32,000 nucleotides of DNA from Xanthomonas campestris pv. campestris str. ATCC 33913 (GCF_000007145.1 NC_003902.1:3536497-3568496), one strand, 5' to 3'. Shown: positions 7,692 through 15,776, numbered from the stretch's first letter. The notes: generated from the letters alone by a model not told the origin. A program made the numbers and translations.

Positions 7692-8201
7692 ATGGCTTTG
7701 CCCAAGAAACTCAAAGCGCTCAACCTGTTCAATAACGGTGAGAGCTATCTCGGCCAGGTGGTCGAAGTGAAGCTGCCCACGCTGTCCCGCAAGATGGAGG
7801 AATATCGCGGCGGCGGCATGAATGGCCCGGTCGATATCGACTTCGGCCAGGAGAAGATCGAGCTCGAATGGAAGTGCGGCGGCATGATGCGCAGCGTGCT
7901 GAATCAGTACGGCGCCACCACGCACAATGCCGTGCAGCTGCGCTTTGCCGGCTCCTACCAGCGCGACGACAGCGGCGCGGTGGATGCCGTCGAATTTGTG
8001 GTCCGCGGCCGTCACAAAGAGATTGATCCCGGTACTGGTAAGTCCGGCGACGACACTGAGTTCTCCGTCAAGACCTCCGCCAGCTATTACAAGCTGATGA
8101 TCAATGGCTCCACCGTGATCGAGATCGATCTGATGAACATGATCGAGATCGTCAACGGCGTGGACCTGCTCGCCCCGCATCGCCGTGCCATCGGCGCCTG
8201 A
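7692..8201 (+). CDS. FII: tail tube protein FII
   Basis: 169 aa; MALPKKLKALNLFNNGESYLGQVVEVKLPTLSRKMEEYRGGGMNGPVDID.. matches P2 FII. Confidence 0.95.
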   Translation: MALPKKLKALNLFNNGESYLGQVVEVKLPTLSRKMEEYRGGGMNGPVDIDFGQEKIELEWKCGGMMRSVLNQYGATTHNAVQLRFAGSYQRDDSGAVDAVEFVVRGRHKEIDPGTGKSGDDTEFSVKTSASYYKLMINGSTVIEIDLMNMIEIVNGVDLLAPHRRAIGA

Positions 8202-8246
8202 CCCTTCCGGCCTGGCGCCGCCAGGCCTCAGACCTGAGACCTACCG

Positions 8247-8549
8247 ATGACCCCGACCTTTTCCCCAGCTATTCCCCTCGACCAGCCCATCACGCGCGGC
8301 GAGCAGACCATCACCGACCTCAAGGTGCGCAAGCCCGGTGCCGGCGAACTGCGCGGCCTTAAGCTGACCGACGTGCTGCAGCTGGATGTCACCGCCCTGG
8401 CAACACTGCTGCCGCGCATTTCCTCGCCCACGCTGACCACCGCCGACGTCAATGCAATGGATCCGGCCGACCTGCTGGCGGTCGGCCAGGAGGTGCAGGT
8501 TTTTTTCTTGCCCAAGGCACAGAGGGAAGCGGACTTCCCGACTGCGTAG
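8247..8549 (+). CDS. E: tail assembly chaperone E (0-frame product)
   Basis: 100 aa between the tube and tape-measure genes. It contains the slippery T-run near its 3' end. Confidence 0.85.
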   Translation: MTPTFSPAIPLDQPITRGEQTITDLKVRKPGAGELRGLKLTDVLQLDVTALATLLPRISSPTLTTADVNAMDPADLLAVGQEVQVFFLPKAQREADFPTA

Positions 8550-8671
8550 AGGATGCGATGGCCGACATCGCGGCCATCTTCCATTGGCCGCCGTCTGAAA
8601 TGGACGGCTGGTCGCTGCACGAACTCACGGCGTGGCGCGAGCGTGCCCGCCTGCGAAGCGGAGCCGAATGA
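8247..8671 (+). CDS. E+E': tail assembly chaperone E+E' made by programmed -1 frameshift, join(8247..8507,8507..8671)
   Basis: After the shift at T_TTT_TTC, the -1 frame is open to TGA 8669-8671. It reads LAQGTEGSGLPDCVEDAMADIAAIFHWPPSEMDGWSLHELTAWRERARLRSGAE, the GpE-family C-terminal motif. An annotation pipeline may instead call only 8558-8671 as a separate small CDS. Confidence 0.75.
8501..8507 (+). promoter_or_regulatory. -1 ribosomal frameshift slippery heptamer T_TTT_TTC (within a run of 7 T, 8500-8506)
   Basis: Zero-frame codons GTT TTT TTC TTG. Conserved position relative to the P2 E/E' and lambda G/GT paradigm. Confidence 0.75.
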
Positions 8672-8700
8672 TGCCCCACCCGAATCCCGAGGCCGCCTAA

Positions 8701-11571
8701 ATGGCGGCCTCTGACAATCTGCGCCTGCAGGTCATCCTGGCCGCAGTCGATCGCGCCACCGGTCCGTTCCGCCGCGTGCTCAATGGCAGCCGTGGCGTTG
8801 CCACGGCGCTACGCAACCAGCGTGATGCGCTGCGCCAGCTCAACAGCCAACACCGCGACATCGGCGCCTACCGCGAGCAGGTGGCTATGGCGCAGCGCGC
8901 CAAGGCCGCGCTCGATGCGCAGAGGCAGTCGGTGCGCACGCTTGCCCAACAGATGAAGGCGGCCGGCACGCCCACAGCAGCAATGAATGCCGAGTTCGAG
9001 CGCGCCGTGCGCACTGCCCGGGAGCTCAAGGCCGCCCATGGTGCACAGGAAGCCGGCCTGCAGCGGCTGCGCGGCCGGCTGGAGACGGCCGGGATCAGCA
9101 CCCGCGAGCTCGTCACCCACGAGCGCCGGCTGCGCAGCGAGATCGAGAGCACCAACACCGCCCTGCGCGCCCAGCAGCAACGCCTGGTGGCGATCGACGC
9201 CGCACAGCGCCGCAGCGCCCGCATCCAGGGCGCCGGCCTGCAAGCGAGCGCCTACGGCGCGGGTATGGCGTTCGCCGGCCAGCGCGCCTTGCGCGCCTCC
9301 GCACTGCCGATCAGCGATGCGATGGAATTCGAGTCCGCCATGGCGGACGTGCGCAAGGTCGTGGACTTCAGCACACCGCAGCAGTTCGCCCAGATGGGCC
9401 GCGATGTGGAGAACCTGTCCATGCGCCTACCGATGCTGCCGGCCGATATCGCCAAGATCGTGGCGGCCGCCGGCCAAGCGTCCATCCCGCGCCAGGAGCT
9501 GGTCCGCTTCGCTGAGGATGCGGCGAAGATGGGCGTGGCATTCGACAGCAGCGCAGAGGAAGCCGGCCAGACGATGGCGACCTGGCGCACGGCGTTTCGC
9601 ATGGGCCAGGCCGAGGTGGTCGTGCTGGCCGACAAGATCAACTACCTCGGCAACACCGGCCCGGCGAGCGTCAACAAGATCAGCGCGGTGGTGAACCGCA
9701 TCGGTGCCCTGGGCGAAGTCGCCGGCCTGCAGAGCGGCCCGCTGGCGGCCCTGGGCGCCACCGTCGCCGGTATGGGTATCGAGTCGGAGGTTTCGGCCAC
9801 CGGCATCAAGAACATGCTGCTCACCCTGGCCTCGGGCGAGTCGGCCACCAAGAGCCAGCGCGAGGCCTTCGACAAGCTGGGCATCAAGGCCACCACCATG
9901 GCCCAGGTGATGCAGAAGGACGCCGGCGGGGCAATCATGTCCGTGCTGCAGAAGCTGCGCGCACTGCCCAAAGCAGAGCAGGCAGCGACCATGACGCAGC
10001 TGTTCGGCCGCGAGTCGATCGGTGCGATCGCACCGCTGCTGACCAATCTGGAGCTCCTGCAGGGCAACTTCGCCAAGGTCGCCGACGCGCAGCGCTACGG
10101 CGGCTCGATGTCGGCCGAGTACGCATCGCGGGTGGCCACCTCGGCCAACTCGCTGCAGCTGCTGAAGAACACCGCCGTGGTGGTGTCCCAGTCGATCGGC
10201 CAGACCCTGCTGCCGCAGTTCAAGGAATTGACCGAGCGCACCGCAGCCGTGGTCGGCCAGGTCACAACGTGGATCCGCGCCAATCCAGCCCTGGTCGGCG
10301 CGATCGCAAAGGTGGCGATCGGCGCCGCTGCGCTGGTCACGATCCTGGGCGGGCTGTTGGTGGCCGGCGGCGTCGCCGCGATGGCGTTCTCGCAGATCCA
10401 CGGCGCCGTGGCGCTGCTGTCGGGCGGCGGCGGGTTCGGCGTGCTGATTCGCCAGGCGCTGTCGTTCGGCGGCCGCGTGCTGCCCATGCTCGCCAACGGC
10501 GCGCGCCTGCTGCTGCCAGTGCTCGGCGGCGTCAGCTTGCCGGTGCTGGCGATCGGTGCAGCCGTTGCGGCGGTGGCGCTGCTGGTGTGGAAGTACTGGG
10601 GGCCGATCAAGGCCTTCGCCATCGGCGTGTGGCAAGGCATCGTCGATGTGGCCGCGCCGGTGCTGGCCGAGCTGCAGACCGCGCTCGCGCCGCTGGGCCC
10701 GGTGTGGGACACGGTGGCCGCCGCGATGGGCCAGGCCTGGGCGTGGGTGAAGCAGCTGCTGACACCGTTCGAGGCCACCACCGCGCAGTTGCACGGTGCA
10801 ACCCAGGCCGGCCGCGGCTTCGGGCAGATCCTGGGCGCGGTGCTGGTCACCCAGCTGCAACTGGCGGTCAAGGCGATCGGTTGGCTCGTGCAGGCGTTCG
10901 TGTTCGTGCTGCCGGTCATCAAGCAGATCCTCGGCGGCGTGTGGCAAACCGTCCAGGGCACGTGGTCGCTGATCGTCGGCGTGTTCACCGGCAACGGCGA
11001 TCGCATCCGCCAAGGGCTTCTACAGCTGTGGGCCGGTATCAACCTGCAGTTGGCCAACTGGCCGGCCCGGATGCTGCAGGCCGGCGCGGATATGATCAGC
11101 GGCCTTGTTCAAGGCATCCGCTCCAAGCTCGGCGCCGCCAGCAATGCGATCGCCAGCGTCGGCACCGGCGTGGTCGATCGCTTCAAGGGCGTGCTGGGCA
11201 TCCACAGCCCCTCGCGCGTGTTCGCCCAGTTGGGCGACTTCACCATGCAAGGCCTCACCGTGGGCCTGCAGCGCGGCCAGGGCGCGCCTGTGCAGGCCGT
11301 CATGGCGCTTGGCAACCGGATGCGTGCGGTGGGCGCCGGCCTGGCCCTGGCGACGGCCACAGCGCCTGTGGCGGCGATCGACAGCCGGGCGCCGCTGTCG
11401 GCACCTACGCGGGCCGCCAGCGCGCCTGCAGGCAGCAACAGCTACGTCATCCATGTCCATGCCGCACCCGGAATGGATGCGAACGCACTGGCGCGCGAAG
11501 TCGCCCGCCAGATCGAAGAGCGCGAACGGCGCACGGCGGCCACTCGCCGCTCCAGCCTGCGCGACGACTGA
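8701..11571 (+). CDS. T: tail tape measure protein T
   Basis: 956 aa with an N-terminal coiled-coil-like region, a central conserved TMP core (..MEFESAMADVRKVVDF..INYLGNTGPASV..), a Gly/Ala/Leu-rich hydrophobic stretch and C-terminal ..GIHSPSRVF... Confidence 0.95.
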   Translation: MAASDNLRLQVILAAVDRATGPFRRVLNGSRGVATALRNQRDALRQLNSQHRDIGAYREQVAMAQRAKAALDAQRQSVRTLAQQMKAAGTPTAAMNAEFERAVRTARELKAAHGAQEAGLQRLRGRLETAGISTRELVTHERRLRSEIESTNTALRAQQQRLVAIDAAQRRSARIQGAGLQASAYGAGMAFAGQRALRASALPISDAMEFESAMADVRKVVDFSTPQQFAQMGRDVENLSMRLPMLPADIAKIVAAAGQASIPRQELVRFAEDAAKMGVAFDSSAEEAGQTMATWRTAFRMGQAEVVVLADKINYLGNTGPASVNKISAVVNRIGALGEVAGLQSGPLAALGATVAGMGIESEVSATGIKNMLLTLASGESATKSQREAFDKLGIKATTMAQVMQKDAGGAIMSVLQKLRALPKAEQAATMTQLFGRESIGAIAPLLTNLELLQGNFAKVADAQRYGGSMSAEYASRVATSANSLQLLKNTAVVVSQSIGQTLLPQFKELTERTAAVVGQVTTWIRANPALVGAIAKVAIGAAALVTILGGLLVAGGVAAMAFSQIHGAVALLSGGGGFGVLIRQALSFGGRVLPMLANGARLLLPVLGGVSLPVLAIGAAVAAVALLVWKYWGPIKAFAIGVWQGIVDVAAPVLAELQTALAPLGPVWDTVAAAMGQAWAWVKQLLTPFEATTAQLHGATQAGRGFGQILGAVLVTQLQLAVKAIGWLVQAFVFVLPVIKQILGGVWQTVQGTWSLIVGVFTGNGDRIRQGLLQLWAGINLQLANWPARMLQAGADMISGLVQGIRSKLGAASNAIASVGTGVVDRFKGVLGIHSPSRVFAQLGDFTMQGLTVGLQRGQGAPVQAVMALGNRMRAVGAGLALATATAPVAAIDSRAPLSAPTRAASAPAGSNSYVIHVHAAPGMDANALAREVARQIEERERRTAATRRSSLRDD

Positions 11572-11583
11572 GGATCCACCCCG

Positions 11584-11985
11584 ATGATGATGTCCTACGG
11601 CACGTTTGTGTTTGCCCTCGATAGCGCCGCATATCTGCAGCTGCAGCGGCAGATGAGTTGGCGCCACGCCACGAGCGATCGCGTTGGTGCGCGAGCGGCC
11701 AGCCAGTTCCTGGGTCCAGGCGATGAGACCATCGAGCTGTCAGGTCTGATCGCGCCGGACCTGACCGGCTCGCGTGGATCGCTGACCACGCTGCGCAGAC
11801 TCGCAGCAGCCGGCGAGCCGCTACCGCTGGTCGATGGCACGGGCTGGGTCTATGGGCCGTATGTGCTGCTGGCTGTCAACGAGACGGCCTCGCTGTTCTT
11901 CCCCGATGGCACGCCACGCCGGGTCGAGTTCCAACTGAGCCTGCGCCGCACCGACGACATTGCGCCCGAGGCGACCGCCCCATGA
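11584..11985 (+). CDS. U: tail protein U (P2 gpU family)
   Basis: 133 aa; ..YGTFVFALDSAAYLQLQRQMSWRHATSDRVGARAASQFLGPGDETIELSG.. Start is ambiguous among three tandem ATGs at 11584-11592. Confidence 0.9.
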   Translation: MMMSYGTFVFALDSAAYLQLQRQMSWRHATSDRVGARAASQFLGPGDETIELSGLIAPDLTGSRGSLTTLRRLAAAGEPLPLVDGTGWVYGPYVLLAVNETASLFFPDGTPRRVEFQLSLRRTDDIAPEATAP

Positions 11986-12968
11986 GCTACCCGATTCCGC
12001 AATGGCGCGTGGTGCTCGATGGCACCGACCTCACCGAGCGCATCGCACCGCGCCTGCTCGATCTCACCCTCACCGAATGCCGTGGCGGCGAAGCCGATCA
12101 GCTGGATCTGCGCATCCACGACCACGACGGCAAGATGGCGCTGCCCAAACGCGGCGTGCGCCTGGCCGTGGCGCTGGGCTGGAAAGCCACCGGCCTGGTC
12201 GACAAAGGCACCTTCATCGTGGACGAGGTGGAGTACAGCGGCGCGCCCGACATCATCACCGTGCGCGCGCGCAGTGCGGATCTCACCGCCGATATGCGCA
12301 CGCGGCGCGAGCGCAGCTGGCACAACACCACGTTGGGTGCAGTGCTCAACACGCTCGCTGGCGAGCATGGGCTGACGCCACGCGTGGCCGAGGCGCTGGC
12401 GCGCACCAAGCTGCCCCATCTCGACCAGGCCATCGAGAGCGACATGAATCTGCTCACCCGCTTGGGGCAGCGCTTTGATGCGGTGGCAACGGTGAAGGGA
12501 GGTGCGTTGGTCTTTGCGCCGATCGGCGCCGGCACTACAGCGGCCGGCAAGCCGTTGCCTACCGTCACCCTGACGCGGCGCGATGGTGATCAGCATCGCT
12601 ACTCAGTCGCCGACCGTGATGCTTACACCGGCGTGCGCGCGTACTGGGTGGACAAGGGCAAGGCGCGGCGGCAGTCGGTGCTGGTCGGCACAGACGACAA
12701 CGCCAAGCGCCTGCGCGAGTCTTATGCAGATGAGGCAACGGCACGCCAGCATGCGCATGCTGAGTTCGAACGCGTGAAGCGTGGGACGGCAAAGTTCGAC
12801 TACACGTTGGCGATTGGAAGGGCCGAGCTGTATCCGGAGCAGAGTGTTACGGTCGGCGGATTCAAGCCAGCGATAGATTCGCAAGGGTGGATTATCTCTC
12901 GGGCCACTCATTCCGTCAGTAGAGTCGGCTTCCAAAGCCACCTAGAGCTTGAGATATTCAGTGACTAG
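11982..12968 (+). CDS. D: tail protein D (late control gene D family)
   Basis: 328 aa with an ATGA overlap with U. Sequence ..QWRVVLDGTDLTERIAPRLLDLTLTECRGGEADQLDLRIHDHDG.. The last ~150 nt have intermediate GC (about 52%). Confidence 0.9.
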   Translation: MSYPIPQWRVVLDGTDLTERIAPRLLDLTLTECRGGEADQLDLRIHDHDGKMALPKRGVRLAVALGWKATGLVDKGTFIVDEVEYSGAPDIITVRARSADLTADMRTRRERSWHNTTLGAVLNTLAGEHGLTPRVAEALARTKLPHLDQAIESDMNLLTRLGQRFDAVATVKGGALVFAPIGAGTTAAGKPLPTVTLTRRDGDQHRYSVADRDAYTGVRAYWVDKGKARRQSVLVGTDDNAKRLRESYADEATARQHAHAEFERVKRGTAKFDYTLAIGRAELYPEQSVTVGGFKPAIDSQGWIISRATHSVSRVGFQSHLELEIFSD

Positions 12969-13053
12969 GCCGGTTGAAGTAAGAATTCCCCCTATAGTTG
13001 GCAGGCGGGAATTGTTGGTAAGCTGTTAAAAATATTTCCTATGGAGGGGTAAC

Positions 13054-14202
13054 TTGAAAAAGACCGGGCATCGAGACCCTAAGGATGGCCTTAAACACAC
13101 GGTTCGCTCCAAGGACCGTGAGCGCCGAAATATTAAAAGAAAGGATTGCAATTATATTTCTGGCAGATACGGCCAGCACATACCAACGAAGAACTATAAA
13201 TTTAAACTAAAAGGGAAAGTGCGTGGAACTGAATTTGTGCGCCTTCCCGCCACAATGGATTTGTCGTCTGACGAAAATAGAAATGATGTTCTTTCCGCAA
13301 TCGCACGCATAAAATCTGCGTCTCTATATGGCAACTATCGTAAGGTTGTGCTTGATCATACTTCAGTAACATCTATGTCTCCCGAAGTAGCGATGCTGAT
13401 GCTTGCGGAAATTCAAAGATGTAGAATTTACTGCGAACCAAGGACGCAGCTCACCGGCACTTATCCCGCAAACCATGATGTCTCTCATCTTTTGACGGAA
13501 ATAGGTTTCTATAAATCATTAGGAATAAAAGCTCCCAAGCTTCCAGCGACCTACGACTCGCGGACTTACATCAGAGTTGAGCGGCATAACAAGATCTTAG
13601 CAAAGGTAGCTGACGACCTACTCACATGCTTTGAAACTGAATTCACTTTTTCACCTCAAGATAAGCGCCGTCTCCAGATAGCGTTAGTAGAGTGTATGGA
13701 CAATGTCTTTCAGCACGCATACGTTTTTAACGAATCATGTCCAGCTGAAGCACATTTGTTTCGTGAATGGTGGATGGTCGGCTATTCAGATAGCACAGAC
13801 AAATCGATTTCATTCAGTTTCCTAGATCAAGGTAGAGGCATTGCTTCTACAATTCGGCGCAAGCTCGGCCGCAGTGTGATTGGCAAGTTGGGGGCCTGGC
13901 ATGATGGTCACTTCATTTCACGCGCCGTGCGAAAACGCATCTCTAGAATCGACTCAAAACGCCGAGGTCACGGACTGAAAAAGCTCAAAGCATTCGTAGA
14001 TAGGCTTGACTTTAACGGAACTCTTCGTGTACTGGCGAACAATGGCGATGTACAATGGACCACAGGACAGAAAAGTGTCGAACGTTCGATGCCCACGGAA
14101 CTATCAGGAACTTTGGTGGTCTGGTCTCTAAAGCCACCCCAACTGTTGCCGACCACTACAATATCTCATGCTGACTCAGACCATGAAATCCACCATGTTT
14201 AA
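13054..14202 (+). CDS. GHKL-superfamily (histidine-kinase-like / RsbW-SpoIIAB-like) ATPase with basic N-terminal tail and STAS-like middle region
   Basis: 382 aa; TTG start with GGAGGGG 6 nt upstream. N-box E213-x3-N217-x3-H221-A222 (VECMDNVFQHA), G1 D258-Q-G-R-G262, G2 G305-H-G-L308, G3 G352-T. Residues ~95-160 (VVLDHTSVTSMSPEVAMLMLAEIQR..HLLTEIGFYKSLG) resemble a STAS/anti-sigma-antagonist fold. Residues 1-60 are Lys/Arg-rich. Confidence 0.7.
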   Translation: MKKTGHRDPKDGLKHTVRSKDRERRNIKRKDCNYISGRYGQHIPTKNYKFKLKGKVRGTEFVRLPATMDLSSDENRNDVLSAIARIKSASLYGNYRKVVLDHTSVTSMSPEVAMLMLAEIQRCRIYCEPRTQLTGTYPANHDVSHLLTEIGFYKSLGIKAPKLPATYDSRTYIRVERHNKILAKVADDLLTCFETEFTFSPQDKRRLQIALVECMDNVFQHAYVFNESCPAEAHLFREWWMVGYSDSTDKSISFSFLDQGRGIASTIRRKLGRSVIGKLGAWHDGHFISRAVRKRISRIDSKRRGHGLKKLKAFVDRLDFNGTLRVLANNGDVQWTTGQKSVERSMPTELSGTLVVWSLKPPQLLPTTTISHADSDHEIHHV

Positions 14203-14506
14203 CGTAGCCAAATCTTTTTCTCGCTTCCCAGGGGGGCGAAGGAAAGATCATGGCCAGTTTTCAGGAGAAGAATTTCGTAATAAAGTCACTATTCCCCTGC
14301 TTGATAGTTACGATCATGTTACTTTTGACCTTTCCGGCACAGTCGGCTATAGCTCAGGCTTCTTAGATGAGGCTTTTGGTGAGATTGGTAAAATTCTTGG
14401 AATAAGCGAGGCAAAGCGCAGGGTAACAATCTTGGCTCAAGATGATCCTGAGGCTGTTGAAACAGTCTGGCTTCGTATAAGCGAAGCATCAGCGGAATCC
14501 CGTTAA
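14168..14506 (+). CDS. STAS-like protein (DUF4325-type)
   Basis: 112 aa. The pattern G-x-R..FSGEEFRNKV..PLL..VTFDLSGTVGYSSGFLDEAFGEI resembles the DUF4325/STAS-like family as I recall it, with a Ser pair placed as in the SpoIIAA DSSG motif. It overlaps the upstream gene; alternative starts are ATG 14183 and ATG 14195 (ATGTTTAA overlap). Confidence 0.6.
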   Translation: MLTQTMKSTMFNVAKSFSRFPGGRRKDHGQFSGEEFRNKVTIPLLDSYDHVTFDLSGTVGYSSGFLDEAFGEIGKILGISEAKRRVTILAQDDPEAVETVWLRISEASAESR

Positions 14507-14510
14507 TCTA

Positions 14511-14975
14511 ATGGTTGCGACCCCTTGGTGGTTTACAGTTATATGTATTCTACTCACAGGCCTCATCACCGACAGGCTTTCTCGCATGAGAGAGGCATCT
14601 GCACGGAAGACCGCAGATGTGAAACGCTGGCGTGAAGATTTGACAGAGGAACTCCATGAATGGTGCGCAGCTGCGAGTGAGCACTATACATCCCAAGACT
14701 CCATTAATAACACAGAAAAATCTGCAGCATTGCTAGTAGCTGGGTATCGAAGAATTCGACGCAATGCCGGCAAGTTTCCAACCATAAATATAGCTGATGG
14801 GGCTAAATGCCGAAGGTTGATGACTGATTTGGATGAGCTTGTAACAGGCGATCCTGATTTCGAAAATCAAAGCCGCGCTCTACGACCAGCAAGAGATCCA
14901 CTTTTAACTGAAATGCATAATCTTGCAGAGAAAATTGAGAATACATTTAATTTTCCGAGGAAAGAAAAATCCTGA
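14511..14975 (+). CDS. membrane-anchored helical protein, function unknown
   Basis: 154 aa, with ATG 4 nt after the previous stop. It has an N-terminal TM helix (WWFTVICILLTGLITD) followed by a charged helical region. Same AT-rich composition as the two upstream genes. Confidence 0.6.
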   Translation: MVATPWWFTVICILLTGLITDRLSRMREASARKTADVKRWREDLTEELHEWCAAASEHYTSQDSINNTEKSAALLVAGYRRIRRNAGKFPTINIADGAKCRRLMTDLDELVTGDPDFENQSRALRPARDPLLTEMHNLAEKIENTFNFPRKEKS

Positions 14976-15166
14976 ATCACTTGTTTTCTTAAGTGTTCCA
15001 CCTATTAGGTTCGCGAATTCTTATTTAACTTATTTGTTTTTAGGAGTTTTCCTACATAGATTTAGCAGTCAATGAGCCATGATTGCGCCGGGATGTCAGG
15101 CCATCTCGAACTGTCAGGATGACGGCTATTCGAACGCACGGAGCCACGCGCCGACACCTAAAGAAG

Positions 15167-15199
15167 CCACCGGTTAGAAGTCGGTGGTTTTTTCTTTGC
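15167..15199 (+). terminator. Rho-independent terminator, probably bidirectional, between the late/cargo operon and the convergent repressor gene
   Basis: CCACCG-gttagaagt-CGGTGG followed by TTTTTTCTTT. On the opposite strand the same stem is followed by CTTCTTT and preceded by an A-run. Confidence 0.7.
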
Positions 15200-15271
15200 G
15201 AGCTAGCAAGCTCTACAGTTCAGGCAGGTATAGCCGATAACGGCCAATTTCCCAAGACCATCTGTCCCACT

Positions 15272-15299
15272 AGCAGCTGCACTAGCTGCTCTTTTTTTT
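15272..15299 (+). terminator. second plus-strand terminator-like hairpin + T8, overlapping the 3' end of the minus-strand repressor CDS
   Basis: AGCAGC-tgcacta-GCTGCT then C TTTTTTTT. The T-run is the complement of the Lys codons of the repressor C-terminal KKAKKK tail. Confidence 0.4.
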
Positions 15300-15710
15300 G
15301 GCTTTCTTTCCGCCCAGGTTGATGGTCAGTCCGGGCTGACTGATATCGCCGCTTAGCGCTTGCCCAACTTCGTTGGCATGCATCACGAACTTGTGCCGGC
15401 CTGATGCTTTCACCGCCGCACCTAGCGCCGCGCTGACGGCCAACTTGATCTCTGGCGATGCAACACGATAGGCCGACAGCACCTGTGCCTCATCCGCGCT
15501 GATGCCATTGCGCTCGCCGGTGAGCACATAGAGCACATCGATCCCCAGCGTAGTAGCCGCGAGCAGGTATGCACCACCGGGCAACTGTTCGCCCTCTTCT
15601 TTTTCAAAGTTGACCTGAGCACGCTTCGTCAACCCGCAGCGTTCCGCCAACTCGGTCTGTGTCAGACCAATGCGTTTGCGCTCTTGCTTCAACCTCAAAC
15701 CAACCGACAC
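15282..15710 (-). CDS. XRE-family helix-turn-helix repressor (prophage immunity repressor, C/CI analogue)
   Basis: 142 aa; GTG start with AAGGAG 6 nt upstream. N-terminal LKQERKRIGLTQTELAERCGLTKRAQVNFEKEE is a Cro/C1-type HTH. Divergent from a cro-like gene. No S24 peptidase motif was seen. Confidence 0.85.
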   Translation of the reverse strand: MSVGLRLKQERKRIGLTQTELAERCGLTKRAQVNFEKEEGEQLPGGAYLLAATTLGIDVLYVLTGERNGISADEAQVLSAYRVASPEIKLAVSAALGAAVKASGRHKFVMHANEVGQALSGDISQPGLTINLGGKKAKKKSS

Positions 15711-15720
15711 AAAAATCTCC

Positions 15721-15749
15721 TTGAAAGGTGCACTTAAGTTCCCTATTCT
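15721..15749 (+). promoter_or_regulatory. candidate sigma70 early promoter (TTGAAA - 17 nt - TATTCT) with palindrome ACTTAAGT in the spacer
   Basis: -35 at 15721-15726 and -10 at 15744-15749, 28 nt upstream of the cro-like ATG. The 8-bp perfect palindrome at 15732-15739 is a possible operator half-pair. Confidence 0.5.
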
Positions 15750-15776
15750 TGCCGTACACCAACGTGAAGCACCGAT

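Larger units (their letters stand above)
12969..15085. other. AT-rich cargo island 2 between gene D and the repressor gene
   Basis: Hand counts of sample lines give about 38-48% GC against ~70% at 12001-12060. There is an abrupt return to high GC near 15085. No transposase or integrase lies inside. Confidence 0.85.

Noticed and set aside
6828-8180. 450-aa minus-strand ORF antisense to sheath and tube genes
   Set aside because: Same reasoning. The plus-strand genes match FI/FII unambiguously, and the antisense product is low-complexity.
9427-11624. Long alternative-frame ORFs inside the tape-measure gene (528 aa minus strand at 9427-11013; 451 aa plus strand at 10269-11624; several of 60-320 aa)
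   Set aside because: They lie within one continuous 956-aa TMP reading frame. The products are Arg/Pro/Gly-rich, as expected from out-of-frame translation of GC-rich DNA.
13054-13254. Possibility that the GHKL gene starts at the internal ATG (Met68), leaving the basic N-terminal region non-coding
   Set aside because: The TTG at 13054 has a strong GGAGGGG Shine-Dalgarno at ideal spacing and the frame is open throughout. The upstream start is kept but remains unverified.
12969-15085. Search for transposase, IS ends, target-site duplications or integrase associated with either AT-rich island (also 1380-2615)
   Set aside because: None was found. The only nearby inverted repeat (12984-13013) is unpaired, so the islands are treated as recombinational cargo rather than transposons.
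15083-15322. 79-aa plus-strand ORF in the D-island/repressor spacer
   Set aside because: It runs through two terminator hairpins and into the repressor gene on the opposite strand. It has no RBS and an Arg/Ser/Cys-rich low-complexity product.
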